Below, one piece after another: positions 21,246 to 30,133 of a stretch of 30,133 bases of DNA. How positions within the stretch are numbered: position 1 is the first letter of the stretch; the number at the start of each line of letters is the position of its first letter. Under the pieces are notes generated by a model. That model saw only the letters and a program-made list of their open reading frames with translations, had not been told where the DNA came from and searched no databases. The translations under genes were made by a program, and so were the position numbers. This DNA is from a virus, in the IMG/VR virus record IMGVR_UViG_3300024581_003098, positions 1 to 30,133 of that record; one strand, written 5' to 3'.

Positions 21246-22370
21246 TCATCCCTCCAGCTCCTTGATTTTTGATTCAGCCCATCGCAAGCCCGCTTTCCCT
21301 CCCCATAGGAGGTAAGAAATCGTCCCGCAAGCTGAGGAATCTGATTCGTCGTAGTATTCCTCGGCTCGGCTGAGATAGGAGGCCATCCTCTTGATGGTTT
21401 CGAGGCTGATAGCCTCTCCCTTCTCCAATTGCGAACTCCTGACGCGGCCTGTCCTCGTCGCGCACTTCATCCCGTGCTTCTCATTGAGCTCTCTCCCTCT
21501 CTTGGCATTATTACTTACGGCCTTGGGGTAATCATTGTAGGATTCCATGATGATGCGCTGACCCGATTTCTTGCGCTTATCCTTTTTGATGATGGCCTTG
21601 GCCAGCTTTTCAGGATGGGTCGCGCATGGCATATAGAGGGTCTTTCCATCAATCTGATGAGAATGAGAGCCAAGGCAATTCAGGAAAAGCTCCCCAAAGA
21701 GCTCGGCCTCCTCTTGGCTTTCAAAGAGGGGCATATCATCCAGGATCATGACAGGGCTCATCTCCTCAAGGACGATGTTCTGAAGGGCAATGAGGGTCTC
21801 AGGATCCTTGGGGCAATTAGGACAGGGCTTCCTCATCTCGACAGAGCTGGCTGAAATCACTTGGTCCACAAAGTATCCTTCAATGCTGAAACCTCGGACA
21901 TCGCCCTCCTTGACCTTATTCCAGACCTCCTCATTGTTGACCTTGACAGAAAGCATCCATGTCCCTGCTGGGAGCTTGAAGCCATAGAGGGAGGCCTTGT
22001 CTTTTTCAGGATCAGCAATCAACCAAGATTCGACGACAGTCAGGTCCTTGATTTCTTCATCATGCTCAAGGGTGTGCTGATTGGTCCGCTCCTCCCTCAT
22101 ATATCTCTCAGAGGCTAGAGCGATGGTCTCAGGCGAAAAGAAGACCTCGTATTCCTCTCCTGTTTCATTGTCGAGCCTTGGAATCATCTTGTCAGGGATG
22201 AGGGCTGGACCGACAAGGATGCGCTTTTCATCATCAATCTGAGCAAGGACGTATTTGTCCTTTCCAAAGAAGATGAAATTTTCTTCAATGGCTGGAAATT
22301 CGACGAGGCTGACGGCTTGGATGCCCATCAGCTCCATATCGTCATCAATGAGCAATTCAACGGTCTTCAT
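21246..22370 (-). CDS. XkdF-like putative prohead protease with extra C-terminal domains
   Basis: The N-terminus GIQAVSLVEFPAIEENF... follows the PBSX XkdF pattern. The C-terminal domain NDYPKAVSNNAKRGRELNEK...LLWGGKAGLRWAESK is common in phage head-morphogenesis proteins. Confidence 0.65.
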   Translation of the reverse strand: MKTVELLIDDDMELMGIQAVSLVEFPAIEENFIFFGKDKYVLAQIDDEKRILVGPALIPDKMIPRLDNETGEEYEVFFSPETIALASERYMREERTNQHTLEHDEEIKDLTVVESWLIADPEKDKASLYGFKLPAGTWMLSVKVNNEEVWNKVKEGDVRGFSIEGYFVDQVISASSVEMRKPCPNCPKDPETLIALQNIVLEEMSPVMILDDMPLFESQEEAELFGELFLNCLGSHSHQIDGKTLYMPCATHPEKLAKAIIKKDKRKKSGQRIIMESYNDYPKAVSNNAKRGRELNEKHGMKCATRTGRVRSSQLEKGEAISLETIKRMASYLSRAEEYYDESDSSACGTISYLLWGGKAGLRWAESKIKELEG

Positions 22371-24529
22371 AGTGTAGCGGTATTCGCAAGTTGAGAATCT
22401 AATTCTTGGGCATTTGAAACTTCCTGAGAGACGACGAAGGCCCGAATGACATTGTCTCCCCCTCCTCCCTCTGAAGCTGGAGAAGTCCCTGAAGGGGCAA
22501 AATTCTGAGGTAGCAATCCTTGTGAGCCTAGGGTCTGTCCTGAGCGTAGGTCCATGCTATTGCGCGGGTCGCTTGATGAGGACATTGAAGCGGTCTCTGG
22601 AGCATCGACAGATTCATCTGTTGAGCCTTGGAATTGCATTTGATTGATCTTCCTCAATTGGAGAGCCCCTGAAGCGGCAGCCGTAGCAGCTCCACCCAAG
22701 CCCGCAGGGAAGCCCAATCCGACAGGAGGAGCGGCAAGAGCGGCAATGACGGCCGATGCGGTCGAGGCGATGACAGAGGCTTTCTGGATTTTCTTGCCTC
22801 TCTCAAATCTATCTTTGGCCGTCTTTTCATCTTCATCGTTGGCCGATTCATTGAAGCCCTGAGCGATGGAAAGAGCCTGCTGAGCGAATGCCAAGGTATC
22901 TTGAATCCCCTGCATCTCAAGGGCGTATTCCTTGTCCCTTTGAGCCTTATCAGCCTGCTCCTTTTCCTTTCGATATTTATCCTCAATGGCCTTCTTCTTG
23001 GCCTCAACCTCATCGAGGAGCTCCTGCTCCCCCTCTCCATACTTTCGGGCAAGCTCTAGCTTGGCCTGATATTCGGCATCGAGGCGCATGAGCTCAAGCT
23101 CCAAATCAGACGCCAAGGCTTCAGCAAGCAGAGCCTTCTCCTCTTCTTCTTTGGCCTTGGCCTCGTCCTTGAATCGCTGATCAATTGCCTTGAGATCGGT
23201 TTGGAGTTGCTCCTCAATCTGCTTGATCAATTCAGCATCTCCTTGAGCCCTCGAAATTCGCTCTTCAGCCAAGGCTCTTGCATCAGCCTCCTCGGTCTCT
23301 TGGGCATTCAATTTCTCTCTCCTGAGCTCCTCCTCTAGATCAGCCAAGGCTTGAGCCTCCTCCTGTCTTTTCAAGAGGGCCTCTTGAGCCTTAGCATCTT
23401 GCTCGGCGTATAAGCCATTGACCTTGGTCAGAAGCTCTGTCTGGACCCCAAGGGTCTCCTGTTTGGCATCATTGAGGGCAATCTCTAGCTCAGCCAATTT
23501 CTCATAGTCCTCCTCTGTCGATTCAGAGAGTGCCATTTGCTCTTTCTGGATCCTGATGGCTTCAAGGGCTTGCTCCTCTCTCTTCTTGGCTAGGCTCAAT
23601 TCAATAGAGGCGGCATCCTCGGTCGCCTTGATCCTTTCCTCAATAGAGAGGGTGATATCATCTCCAGCCTTTTTCAGCTCAGCGATGACGGCCCTCTGTT
23701 CGCTAAATTCAACAGAGAGATCCCTTTGAGCTTTCCTGAGAGCGATGGCATCCCTGCCCAATTGAGCGGCTTTCTTTGCAGCATCAGCGACATTGTTTCC
23801 AAAATCGGTGACGGCCTCACCCATTGCCTTGAACATATCGACTGCGGGGCTCCCCTCAATATAGATTTTCTGTAGCCCCTCTCCAGCTAAAGATGCGGCC
23901 TTGGAAAAATCTCCTTCAAAGACTGCTTTGATAGCTTGGCCAAGCATGCCCAATCCGTCCATGATGGCCGTGACCTTATCAATGACGTATTCTTTGATGG
24001 TCCCTGCAAATCCGACAATGGCCTCTTTTGGATTGGTAAAGGCATAGACAAGGGCCTCTCCAATCCCTGAGACAATATCTGTCAGGACGCCCATGACGGC
24101 CCCAAGAGAGGCCGTGGCGACCTCCAGCATCTCGGCTCCCTTCTCGGTCTTTGTGAAGAAGGTGACGAGAGAGCCAATGACTAGGACAAGGGCCCCGATT
24201 CCTGTGGCGGCAACAGCGACCCTCGTAGCCTTGAGGCCCTTGATGAAGGTCTGGATGCCTCCAGCGACTTTCTTGAAGCCTGAGATTGCCCCGCCCGTCA
24301 TATTGTCTAGGGCATCGGTCATCTGATCCTGCGATTCCTTCGCAGATTCAGTTGCCTCCTTCATCTCATCGGCTCCCTTGGCCGTCTCCTCTCCAGCTTT
24401 CTTCCCCGCTTCTCCAGCCTCCTCAAGAGCATCCTTGAGCTCCTCAGCCGATTCAGTCGCCTTCTCTATTTGTTTGGTGGCTTGATCGACCCCCGTCACG
24501 GTCATCTTTGCCTTGAATTCAGTTGCCAT
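22367..24529 (-). CDS. Tape-measure-like / internal ejection protein, 720 aa
   Basis: Long E/K/A/L coiled coil. TM segments VAVAATGIGALVLVIGSLVTFF and a Gly/Ala-rich hydrophobic block near the C-terminus. Confidence 0.65.
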   Translation of the reverse strand: MATEFKAKMTVTGVDQATKQIEKATESAEELKDALEEAGEAGKKAGEETAKGADEMKEATESAKESQDQMTDALDNMTGGAISGFKKVAGGIQTFIKGLKATRVAVAATGIGALVLVIGSLVTFFTKTEKGAEMLEVATASLGAVMGVLTDIVSGIGEALVYAFTNPKEAIVGFAGTIKEYVIDKVTAIMDGLGMLGQAIKAVFEGDFSKAASLAGEGLQKIYIEGSPAVDMFKAMGEAVTDFGNNVADAAKKAAQLGRDAIALRKAQRDLSVEFSEQRAVIAELKKAGDDITLSIEERIKATEDAASIELSLAKKREEQALEAIRIQKEQMALSESTEEDYEKLAELEIALNDAKQETLGVQTELLTKVNGLYAEQDAKAQEALLKRQEEAQALADLEEELRREKLNAQETEEADARALAEERISRAQGDAELIKQIEEQLQTDLKAIDQRFKDEAKAKEEEEKALLAEALASDLELELMRLDAEYQAKLELARKYGEGEQELLDEVEAKKKAIEDKYRKEKEQADKAQRDKEYALEMQGIQDTLAFAQQALSIAQGFNESANDEDEKTAKDRFERGKKIQKASVIASTASAVIAALAAPPVGLGFPAGLGGAATAAASGALQLRKINQMQFQGSTDESVDAPETASMSSSSDPRNSMDLRSGQTLGSQGLLPQNFAPSGTSPASEGGGGDNVIRAFVVSQEVSNAQELDSQLANTATL

Positions 24530-24701
24530 GTCTTGCCAATTTGATCAGGAGCTTGAAGCGGTGCCAGAATTTCCTCCAGCCTCTTGCCTCGTAATAGCCA
24601 TAAAAATCCAAGGAATAAGGATGGGCAACCATCTCGTCCATTTGTCCAAGCTGGATGATATTCGGGATGGCCTTGGTCATCTGTTTGATGTAGTTCCTCA
24701 T
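24519..24701 (-). CDS. Hypothetical protein, 60 aa
   Basis: ATGA overlap with the stop of the 990-aa gene. It ends 11 nt inside the next gene. Preferred over the out-of-frame ORF 24502-24726. Confidence 0.55.
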   Translation of the reverse strand: MRNYIKQMTKAIPNIIQLGQMDEMVAHPYSLDFYGYYEARGWRKFWHRFKLLIKLARHGN

Positions 24702-27670
24702 TCTTCAGTAGATAGAAAAGTCCCATTCTCCGTCTCTAGAGGCTCGGTTGATTCCTGGATCATCAGGGTATCATCAACCCCAAATCCCTGAAAGCTGATG
24801 AAGCTGGCAAAGACATCCAAGCTCCAAAGAATGTGGGTATCAGATTCTCCTGTGATGCCAAGCTGGACGGCATCGGTCGAGCCTAGAGATTTGGTCCCTG
24901 TGATGACGGCAATGGAGGGAGCCCCTAGATTGGAATCCCTCTGATTGGCTTGCTCGGTATCATCGACGACCTCCAAGGTCCCTCCAACATTCTTCACCGT
25001 CGCGACGTGCTGGATATAGGCCGTGGAGCCGAATGTCCTTTTCCCCGTCACATAGACTCCAATGGCATTGACCTCTAGTCGACAAGCCATCTCAGGCCGA
25101 ATGACAAAGCCTCCAATATCTAGATCATTCCGCTCGGCAATAGCTTGGGTCGTCCCTGTCGTCGTCGCGCTCATGGAGAATCGCATGAAGCGGGATTGCA
25201 AAGAGATTGATTCCCTATTCATATCATAGACCAAGCCATTCGAGGCAACAGGAAATCCAGCATCTGTGGCTTTATGAAAATTCTTGAAGAGACGATCCAG
25301 GGTCAAGCGATTAAAAGCCTGCCCATCCCTTGTCGGCAAAAAGCTCGTCGTCCTTCCTCCCGTCGCTGGCATCTGCTGGACATTCCAGAGGCAATCCTCC
25401 CCATCCCAAAAATATCCCCATTCCTCGCAACAGACATCTTCAGCCAAGGTCCCTGATTCATTCCAAGCCCAGTTCACTGTCCCATCTGGATTCTGATTGG
25501 CTGGAGTGGCATTGCAGACATCTTCCCCATTTGGAAAAAGGACATTCACAGAGACAGGTTGGCCTAGCCTCAAGAGCTTGGCCTGAGCAATCGAGGGCTT
25601 GCTGGCATCGTAGCCCGTGATGCTGATGACCCTATATCGGTCGCCCGCTATCTGGATCTGATCATTGAAGCTGAAATCTTGGATGTCCCTTGGGCTCAGG
25701 TAGAGGCCACAGGTGACCATCTTGGAATTCGCATTGTAGAGCTCATTGAGAGTCTCTAGCCAATAGGAGCGGACCCATCCTCCGATGCCTGCGTATGGAA
25801 TGCCGAAATCAGGGCTCTGCCATTGATGAGCCCATTGGACAGATAGCTCTCCTGTGCCGGGATAGTAATCGTCGTACAGGCCATATCTCTGAAGCTTGTT
25901 GACAGATGTCGTCCCCATCTTGAAGGTGGCGGTATTGTGAAGAGGGGCGATTTTGAAGAGAAGGATTGGAGGGAAAGTCGTCCCCTTGGCATTCCCCTCT
26001 CCATCTTGAGCGTAAAGCATGGGGATAGGCTGAGAAGCAATTTCTGAGCCTCCATAGAGATCAGGGATGTGGCCCATCTGGTATACGCCGTAGGGCCCCT
26101 CATAGGCTTGGTCTCCATCGGCCCATTCATCTCCCGAATCAAATCGGTATTCGCCCATATCAATGCCAAGGGCTTGCTGGGCATATTGGGAGCCCCAAGT
26201 ATTATTCTGTTTGTCCTTGAGGGTAAAGTATCGGGTCCGAAAAGCTGAGGGAGGGATGATTTCAATTGGGCTATCTACGTCAAGGTAGCTTGTCCAATCC
26301 TTGACCTCTGATGATAGGCCTCGGACGCTTTCAATCTTTAGGACATTGGCATCTGCCGTCGGGACGAGCTGGCCATTGAAGCGAATAAGAAGGTCCTTCA
26401 GGAAATCGGCTTGAAGCATATCAGGCATGCATCCCTTGATAGAGACGGGCTCAGTCGAGAGAGCGACATCATAGCTATACAGGGTCCAATAGCCTCTTGA
26501 GGCCGTGGCATCATGAGCCTTGATGACAGGAAGATTTCCAAATCCTCCATTCCTTCGGACTTGGATGACCATGACATCTCCAGCATTGACCTCAAAAATA
26601 TTGCTCGTCACATTCCAGACGACATCCGTGGCATAGGTGCCTGGAGGCTGGAGAAAGACATTGTCAGTATAGGCGACGACCCCATTCTTGAGGACCCGAA
26701 AATTGAGCTCTTGCTGGACATTGGCGGCGTTGCTATAGTCGATATCAGCAGAGAAGGTCAAGATTCCTGTGAAATCGGCATTGCTCGTGAAGACCCCATT
26801 GCCTCCCACCTGATCCTCTGGATCATAGAAATAGTCGCCTGTCTGGACATTGAATGGAATCGTCGTGAAGCTCTGGGTGATCTGATAGTCCGATTCAATC
26901 CCGACCTTCCATCCTGTGAAGGGACGAATTGGCAAGGTCTCGCTCTCTGTATTGAGGAGCATATAGAGCTTGTCAAGGGCCTCATCTTCTAGGATTCCAG
27001 AATCCTCAAGGGTATAGCTCGTCTGAGCCATGACAAGATCAAGGAGCTCTCTGATTTTGAAAGCTGGCTTCATCTGCTCTGGCCTGACGTGATTGTCATT
27101 GGCCATGCCGATTCCATTTTGATTCCAATAGAGCCGACCCCCATCATGCGTCCCATAGTCACAGAGAGGGATGGTCACGATATTGGCCCCGACCTCCCCA
27201 ATCGTGATATCTAGATCCTGATTGGCATCCCTGAAATTCTCTCCCGTTGGGAAATAATCATACGGGCTGGCGACCTCAAAGAGATCCGAGAGCTTGGCCT
27301 GACCCATCTCCAAAAAGATATCTTTCTCAATGGCATTGATTGAGACTTGATAGGCTTGATTCGTGACTGAGACCTTCAGCAATCTGAGAGCCCCCTCAAA
27401 AATCAGGATGCCATCTGAATAGAGCTGGACAGGAGCCTTCTTCGATGGGTCAAAATCCCCGTCGACGAGATTGGTCTGATAGTAATGGCCAAAGAATTGA
27501 TTGTTCCTCTCTGAGAAGGGGAGAGAGAAGGCCTGACTATATGAGCTCTTGCGGAGTTGGACCTCAGGGGGCTCGATATTCTGGAAATTGAGCTTGATCC
27601 TGGAATTCTGATTGACATCAAGCTGATAGGAGGCGGTCCCGTCTGGACGCTGAGCGATGATCCGAATCAT
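24698..27670 (-). CDS. Large tail / host-recognition structural protein, 990 aa
   Basis: Size, beta-rich composition and position in the tail module. ATGA coupling at both ends. No catalytic motif recognised. Confidence 0.65.
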   Translation of the reverse strand: MIRIIAQRPDGTASYQLDVNQNSRIKLNFQNIEPPEVQLRKSSYSQAFSLPFSERNNQFFGHYYQTNLVDGDFDPSKKAPVQLYSDGILIFEGALRLLKVSVTNQAYQVSINAIEKDIFLEMGQAKLSDLFEVASPYDYFPTGENFRDANQDLDITIGEVGANIVTIPLCDYGTHDGGRLYWNQNGIGMANDNHVRPEQMKPAFKIRELLDLVMAQTSYTLEDSGILEDEALDKLYMLLNTESETLPIRPFTGWKVGIESDYQITQSFTTIPFNVQTGDYFYDPEDQVGGNGVFTSNADFTGILTFSADIDYSNAANVQQELNFRVLKNGVVAYTDNVFLQPPGTYATDVVWNVTSNIFEVNAGDVMVIQVRRNGGFGNLPVIKAHDATASRGYWTLYSYDVALSTEPVSIKGCMPDMLQADFLKDLLIRFNGQLVPTADANVLKIESVRGLSSEVKDWTSYLDVDSPIEIIPPSAFRTRYFTLKDKQNNTWGSQYAQQALGIDMGEYRFDSGDEWADGDQAYEGPYGVYQMGHIPDLYGGSEIASQPIPMLYAQDGEGNAKGTTFPPILLFKIAPLHNTATFKMGTTSVNKLQRYGLYDDYYPGTGELSVQWAHQWQSPDFGIPYAGIGGWVRSYWLETLNELYNANSKMVTCGLYLSPRDIQDFSFNDQIQIAGDRYRVISITGYDASKPSIAQAKLLRLGQPVSVNVLFPNGEDVCNATPANQNPDGTVNWAWNESGTLAEDVCCEEWGYFWDGEDCLWNVQQMPATGGRTTSFLPTRDGQAFNRLTLDRLFKNFHKATDAGFPVASNGLVYDMNRESISLQSRFMRFSMSATTTGTTQAIAERNDLDIGGFVIRPEMACRLEVNAIGVYVTGKRTFGSTAYIQHVATVKNVGGTLEVVDDTEQANQRDSNLGAPSIAVITGTKSLGSTDAVQLGITGESDTHILWSLDVFASFISFQGFGVDDTLMIQESTEPLETENGTFLSTEE

Positions 27671-29118
27671 GAGATGTCTCTTGTTGCGAATTCAAAATTG
27701 ATCGTGTAATTGATCAGGCCATCAGACCTCAGCTCTCCTCTAGTCAAATTCGTCGTCGTGCAAAGGAGCTCATGCTTGAGCTGATTCTCCTCGTCATGCA
27801 TGAAGATATATGGAGAAGCTATCAAGGATTCAAAGAGGATGCTCTCCTCCTCAGAGACCCAATCCGACGTCAAGGAGATGGAGCGGGTGTAGTTTGCATC
27901 AAGGACCTTTCTGCGATATCCAGCCTGTTGAACAAAGGAGGTCGATTCGCTGTCTCGGACATAGTTTCCTTCCCCTCGGGCATAGGTCTGGCGTCTCTCC
28001 ATTCGGGTCGTCGTGGATTTGGCCTTGGTGAAGACAAGAGTCTCCATCGCGCATCTACGATTGAGATAGCTCAGTACGACGGGAGCCCCCCATCTAGGAT
28101 CCGTCTCGCATTCTCCTTTTCTCAGATAGAGGGTTGGGCCGATCTGATTGGCCAAGGTCGGGCTTGTCGAGGAATGCCATGAGAGAGAGACAGATGTCGA
28201 GGCTTCAATTGTCTGGGTTGGAATATCATTGTCAGCCCTCATATTTTTCCAGCCAATCCCATATTCAATGACAAAGCGGTCTGTGATCCCTGTTGGATCG
28301 GTGATCTGAGGGGGCTGCCCTGTCCCTATCAAGGTGATTCTCTCAAAAGCCTCAGAGCCCTCAGTATCGTAGAAAAGATATTGCAGGCATTGGATATTGC
28401 CATCCGTCAATTCAGCCCCTCCCGGTGGTGCGCTATTGGGGTTGCTTCCAATGAATTTGGTTTCGGTCCGATAGCATTCGGGCTGGGTCACGATAATGAC
28501 CACCCGCTCGGTCTGCTCCTGATCTCCATCATACATCCCAAATCCCTGATAGACCAATTGGAGATCCTGAGGGACCCTCTCAAGAAGTGAGAAATCATCA
28601 ATCGTTGAGAAGCGGGGAGCATTCAAGGAATAGAAATTGTCCAAAGAGGGAGCAAAGACATTCCAATTGACCTCCAATTCTCCTCCAGATTCAGAGACAT
28701 CGAATCCCGAATTCAGAGCGGGCTTCGCAAGAGAGGCACAAACTATTTGCTTGGCTTGGATATTTTGAATGACCTCAACCCCTCCCGAATTTAGATAGCG
28801 GGCTGAGCAACTCAATTTGAATCTCTTGCCTCTATTGGTCAGAGTCCCGAAACTAGTTCCAACCCATGCAATTGAATTGTAGGTGTCCGTATTGAGATAA
28901 TCCCTGAGGATGGCATCAATCCGAAAGATTGAGGCTCCAGAATCTCCGTCTGGAGGCTGATTCAAGGTCACAAGCGTATTGCTATCATTGTCTTGAATAG
29001 CGATGCGATACCGAAAAGAATCCTCATCATTTTCATCAGAGAAGAGGCTGATGCAGATTGGGGCGTATGCCGAGTAGACCTTGCTCTCATCGGGCTTGAA
29101 TTCAACTGATAGTCCCAT
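27667..29118 (-). CDS. Tail structural protein, 483 aa (distal-tail/baseplate-like)
   Basis: Position between the gp10-like gene and the 990-aa tail protein. The assignment is by context only. Confidence 0.55.
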   Translation of the reverse strand: MGLSVEFKPDESKVYSAYAPICISLFSDENDEDSFRYRIAIQDNDSNTLVTLNQPPDGDSGASIFRIDAILRDYLNTDTYNSIAWVGTSFGTLTNRGKRFKLSCSARYLNSGGVEVIQNIQAKQIVCASLAKPALNSGFDVSESGGELEVNWNVFAPSLDNFYSLNAPRFSTIDDFSLLERVPQDLQLVYQGFGMYDGDQEQTERVVIIVTQPECYRTETKFIGSNPNSAPPGGAELTDGNIQCLQYLFYDTEGSEAFERITLIGTGQPPQITDPTGITDRFVIEYGIGWKNMRADNDIPTQTIEASTSVSLSWHSSTSPTLANQIGPTLYLRKGECETDPRWGAPVVLSYLNRRCAMETLVFTKAKSTTTRMERRQTYARGEGNYVRDSESTSFVQQAGYRRKVLDANYTRSISLTSDWVSEEESILFESLIASPYIFMHDEENQLKHELLCTTTNLTRGELRSDGLINYTINFEFATRDIS

Positions 29119-29122
29119 CTTT

Positions 29123-29680
29123 TTATGTGTCTGATTTTGTCTGAAAATAGGCCTCCATGTCTTTGATATAGGCCTCTGTGATTGTTTGCTGATAGTCCCT
29201 CATGATATCGTCTCCTGTCTGAGAGATGAATCCTGATGGGGCCAAGCCTCTGAGGTAGATGCTTCTCTGGATAAGATAGGCCGTCGATTCATACGTTGCG
29301 AATCTCCCTTTGGCTCCTCTAGCCTGGATCTTCTTTTTTTTGACCCAATCAAGGATTGGTCCTCTTGGGGGCATCTTGCTCTTGAATTTGAATGGGCTTT
29401 TCCTCTGTCCCTTAAAAGGGCTTGATTCTTTCCCTCGGACCCCTTGGTCCATGAAGGGCCAATATTTGACAGAAGGAGTGATATCAAGAATTGGCTGATT
29501 CCTCTCGACTAGGACCCTTGCCTTCATCGAGGTCCTGAGCTTGCCTGTATTCTTTCGAGGAAAGGGTTTGAATTTATCCAAGCGATATCGGGCCCGACGA
29601 ATCCAGAGCCTCCCGACCCTGAGCATCTCCTTTTCGAGATTGGGCATCGGGACCTGATCCTTTCCAGCCTTGATGATCAT
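29123..29680 (-). CDS. HK97 gp10-like head-tail joining / tail-completion protein
   Basis: PRKNTGKLRTSMKARV resembles the gp10-family TGxLRxS motif. 185 aa. ATGA coupling upstream. Confidence 0.5.
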   Translation of the reverse strand: MIIKAGKDQVPMPNLEKEMLRVGRLWIRRARYRLDKFKPFPRKNTGKLRTSMKARVLVERNQPILDITPSVKYWPFMDQGVRGKESSPFKGQRKSPFKFKSKMPPRGPILDWVKKKKIQARGAKGRFATYESTAYLIQRSIYLRGLAPSGFISQTGDDIMRDYQQTITEAYIKDMEAYFQTKSDT

Positions 29681-30133
29681 TGGACAGGAGCAAGACAGAG
29701 ATCATGCTGATCATTGATCTCCAATGAGAAGGTGCCCATCCATCCAATCAAATGGTCCTTGTATTTGGCATTGAAGGGCTGGAGATTGAGAGGAAGCTCA
29801 AGCGTATTCTGAAGGCTGAAGGCCGTATTTCCAGAATCGAATGCAATCCCATTCTTCATGAAATTGAAGATGTCTTTCATGATATAGAGAAGATTCTGCT
29901 GGGCGGTCATGGCCTCGATGCCTTTTGAATCCATCGGGCTTGAGCTGTAATCCTTGATGAAGATATCAGCAATGACAATCTCAAAGGAGGCCGATGTTGA
30001 GCCCTGATCAAAAATGACGTCTCCTAGGCCAAGAAAGACAAAGGGCAATTCCTTGGGATTGATCAGCTCCAAATCAATCTCATCATCAAATCCTAGAAAG
30101 AGGGTTTCAATCTGCTCATGATTGTCAATGAAA
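29677..30133 (-). CDS. Neck/virion-module protein; body of the gene that crosses the circular junction (169 aa in total with 100-152)
   Basis: The frame is open to the window end. The track's 131-aa version starts at a TTG (30072). The continuation through the repeat reaches the ATG at position 152 of copy A. Confidence 0.7.
   Translation of the reverse strand, partial: FIDNHEQIETLFLGFDDEIDLELINPKELPFVFLGLGDVIFDQGSTSASFEIVIADIFIKDYSSSPMDSKGIEAMTAQQNLLYIMKDIFNFMKNGIAFDSGNTAFSLQNTLELPLNLQPFNAKYKDHLIGWMGTFSLEINDQHDLCLAPVQ
30035..30133. repeat. Terminal direct repeat, copy B (identical to 1-99)
   Basis: Same 99-nt string as the window start. It lies inside an open minus-strand reading frame. 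Confidence 0.95.

Noticed and set aside
22654-23052. Off-frame ORFs inside the tape-measure-like gene (22654-23052, 23674-23859, 23887-24075) and inside the 990-aa gene (25756-26265, 26398-26595, 26758-26985, 27403-27621)
   Set aside because: They are nested in long genes whose frames are continuous and coupled to their neighbours. Their products are R/S/P-rich. They arise from the compositional bias of the coiled-coil and beta-rich coding sequence.
24502-24726. 74-aa ORF overlapping the 60-aa ORF upstream of the tape-measure-like gene; considered as a G/GT-type frameshift chaperone pair
   Set aside because: The second frame starts inside the 990-aa gene and ends only 17 nt beyond the first frame. 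No meaningful frameshift extension or slippery run is evident, and both are far shorter than tail chaperones.

Overview
The window is a complete tailed dsDNA phage genome from a circular assembly. Nt 1-99 are identical to nt 30035-30133, so the unique length is about 30,034 bp.

Every gene I can support (about 55 CDS) lies on the minus strand. Most are joined by 4-nt start/stop overlaps (ATGA, GTGA, TTGA). All plus-strand ORFs in the track look like shadows of minus-strand genes.

The only real non-coding node is 13225-13356. It holds two tandem hairpin/U-tract terminators followed by a promoter-like element.

Gene order in transcription direction from that node:
- A block of small early ORFs.
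- A compact C5 cytosine methyltransferase.
- An HTH protein and a winged-helix replication-organiser-like protein.
- A NinG-like protein and a sigma-like factor.
- A 7-deazaguanine DNA-modification operon: ParB-like, DpdA, QueC, QueD, QueE and a PRT-FolE fusion.
- TerS, an unlisted 42-aa ORF and TerL.
- Neck and tail genes, across the circular junction.
- A tape-measure-like protein.
- An XkdF-like protease, scaffold and major capsid protein.
- A putative tube protein.
- A portal with a MuF-like C-terminus, then a fibre.
- A lysis cassette: T7-lysozyme-type amidase plus membrane proteins and two unlisted micro-ORFs.
- A metallophosphoesterase.

No tRNA, CRISPR array, integrase or DNA polymerase was seen.

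The most interesting system is the deazaguanine module, which has three atypical parts:
- A Gpt-like phosphoribosyltransferase domain fused to FolE.
- A QueC lacking all four zinc-ligand cysteines.
- A short ParB-like protein translationally coupled to DpdA.

A recurrent TGTAGATT / TAnnTTTG box sits 4-6 nt upstream of several start codons. Together with the absence of Shine-Dalgarno sequences, this suggests a Bacteroidota-type host and near-leaderless transcripts.
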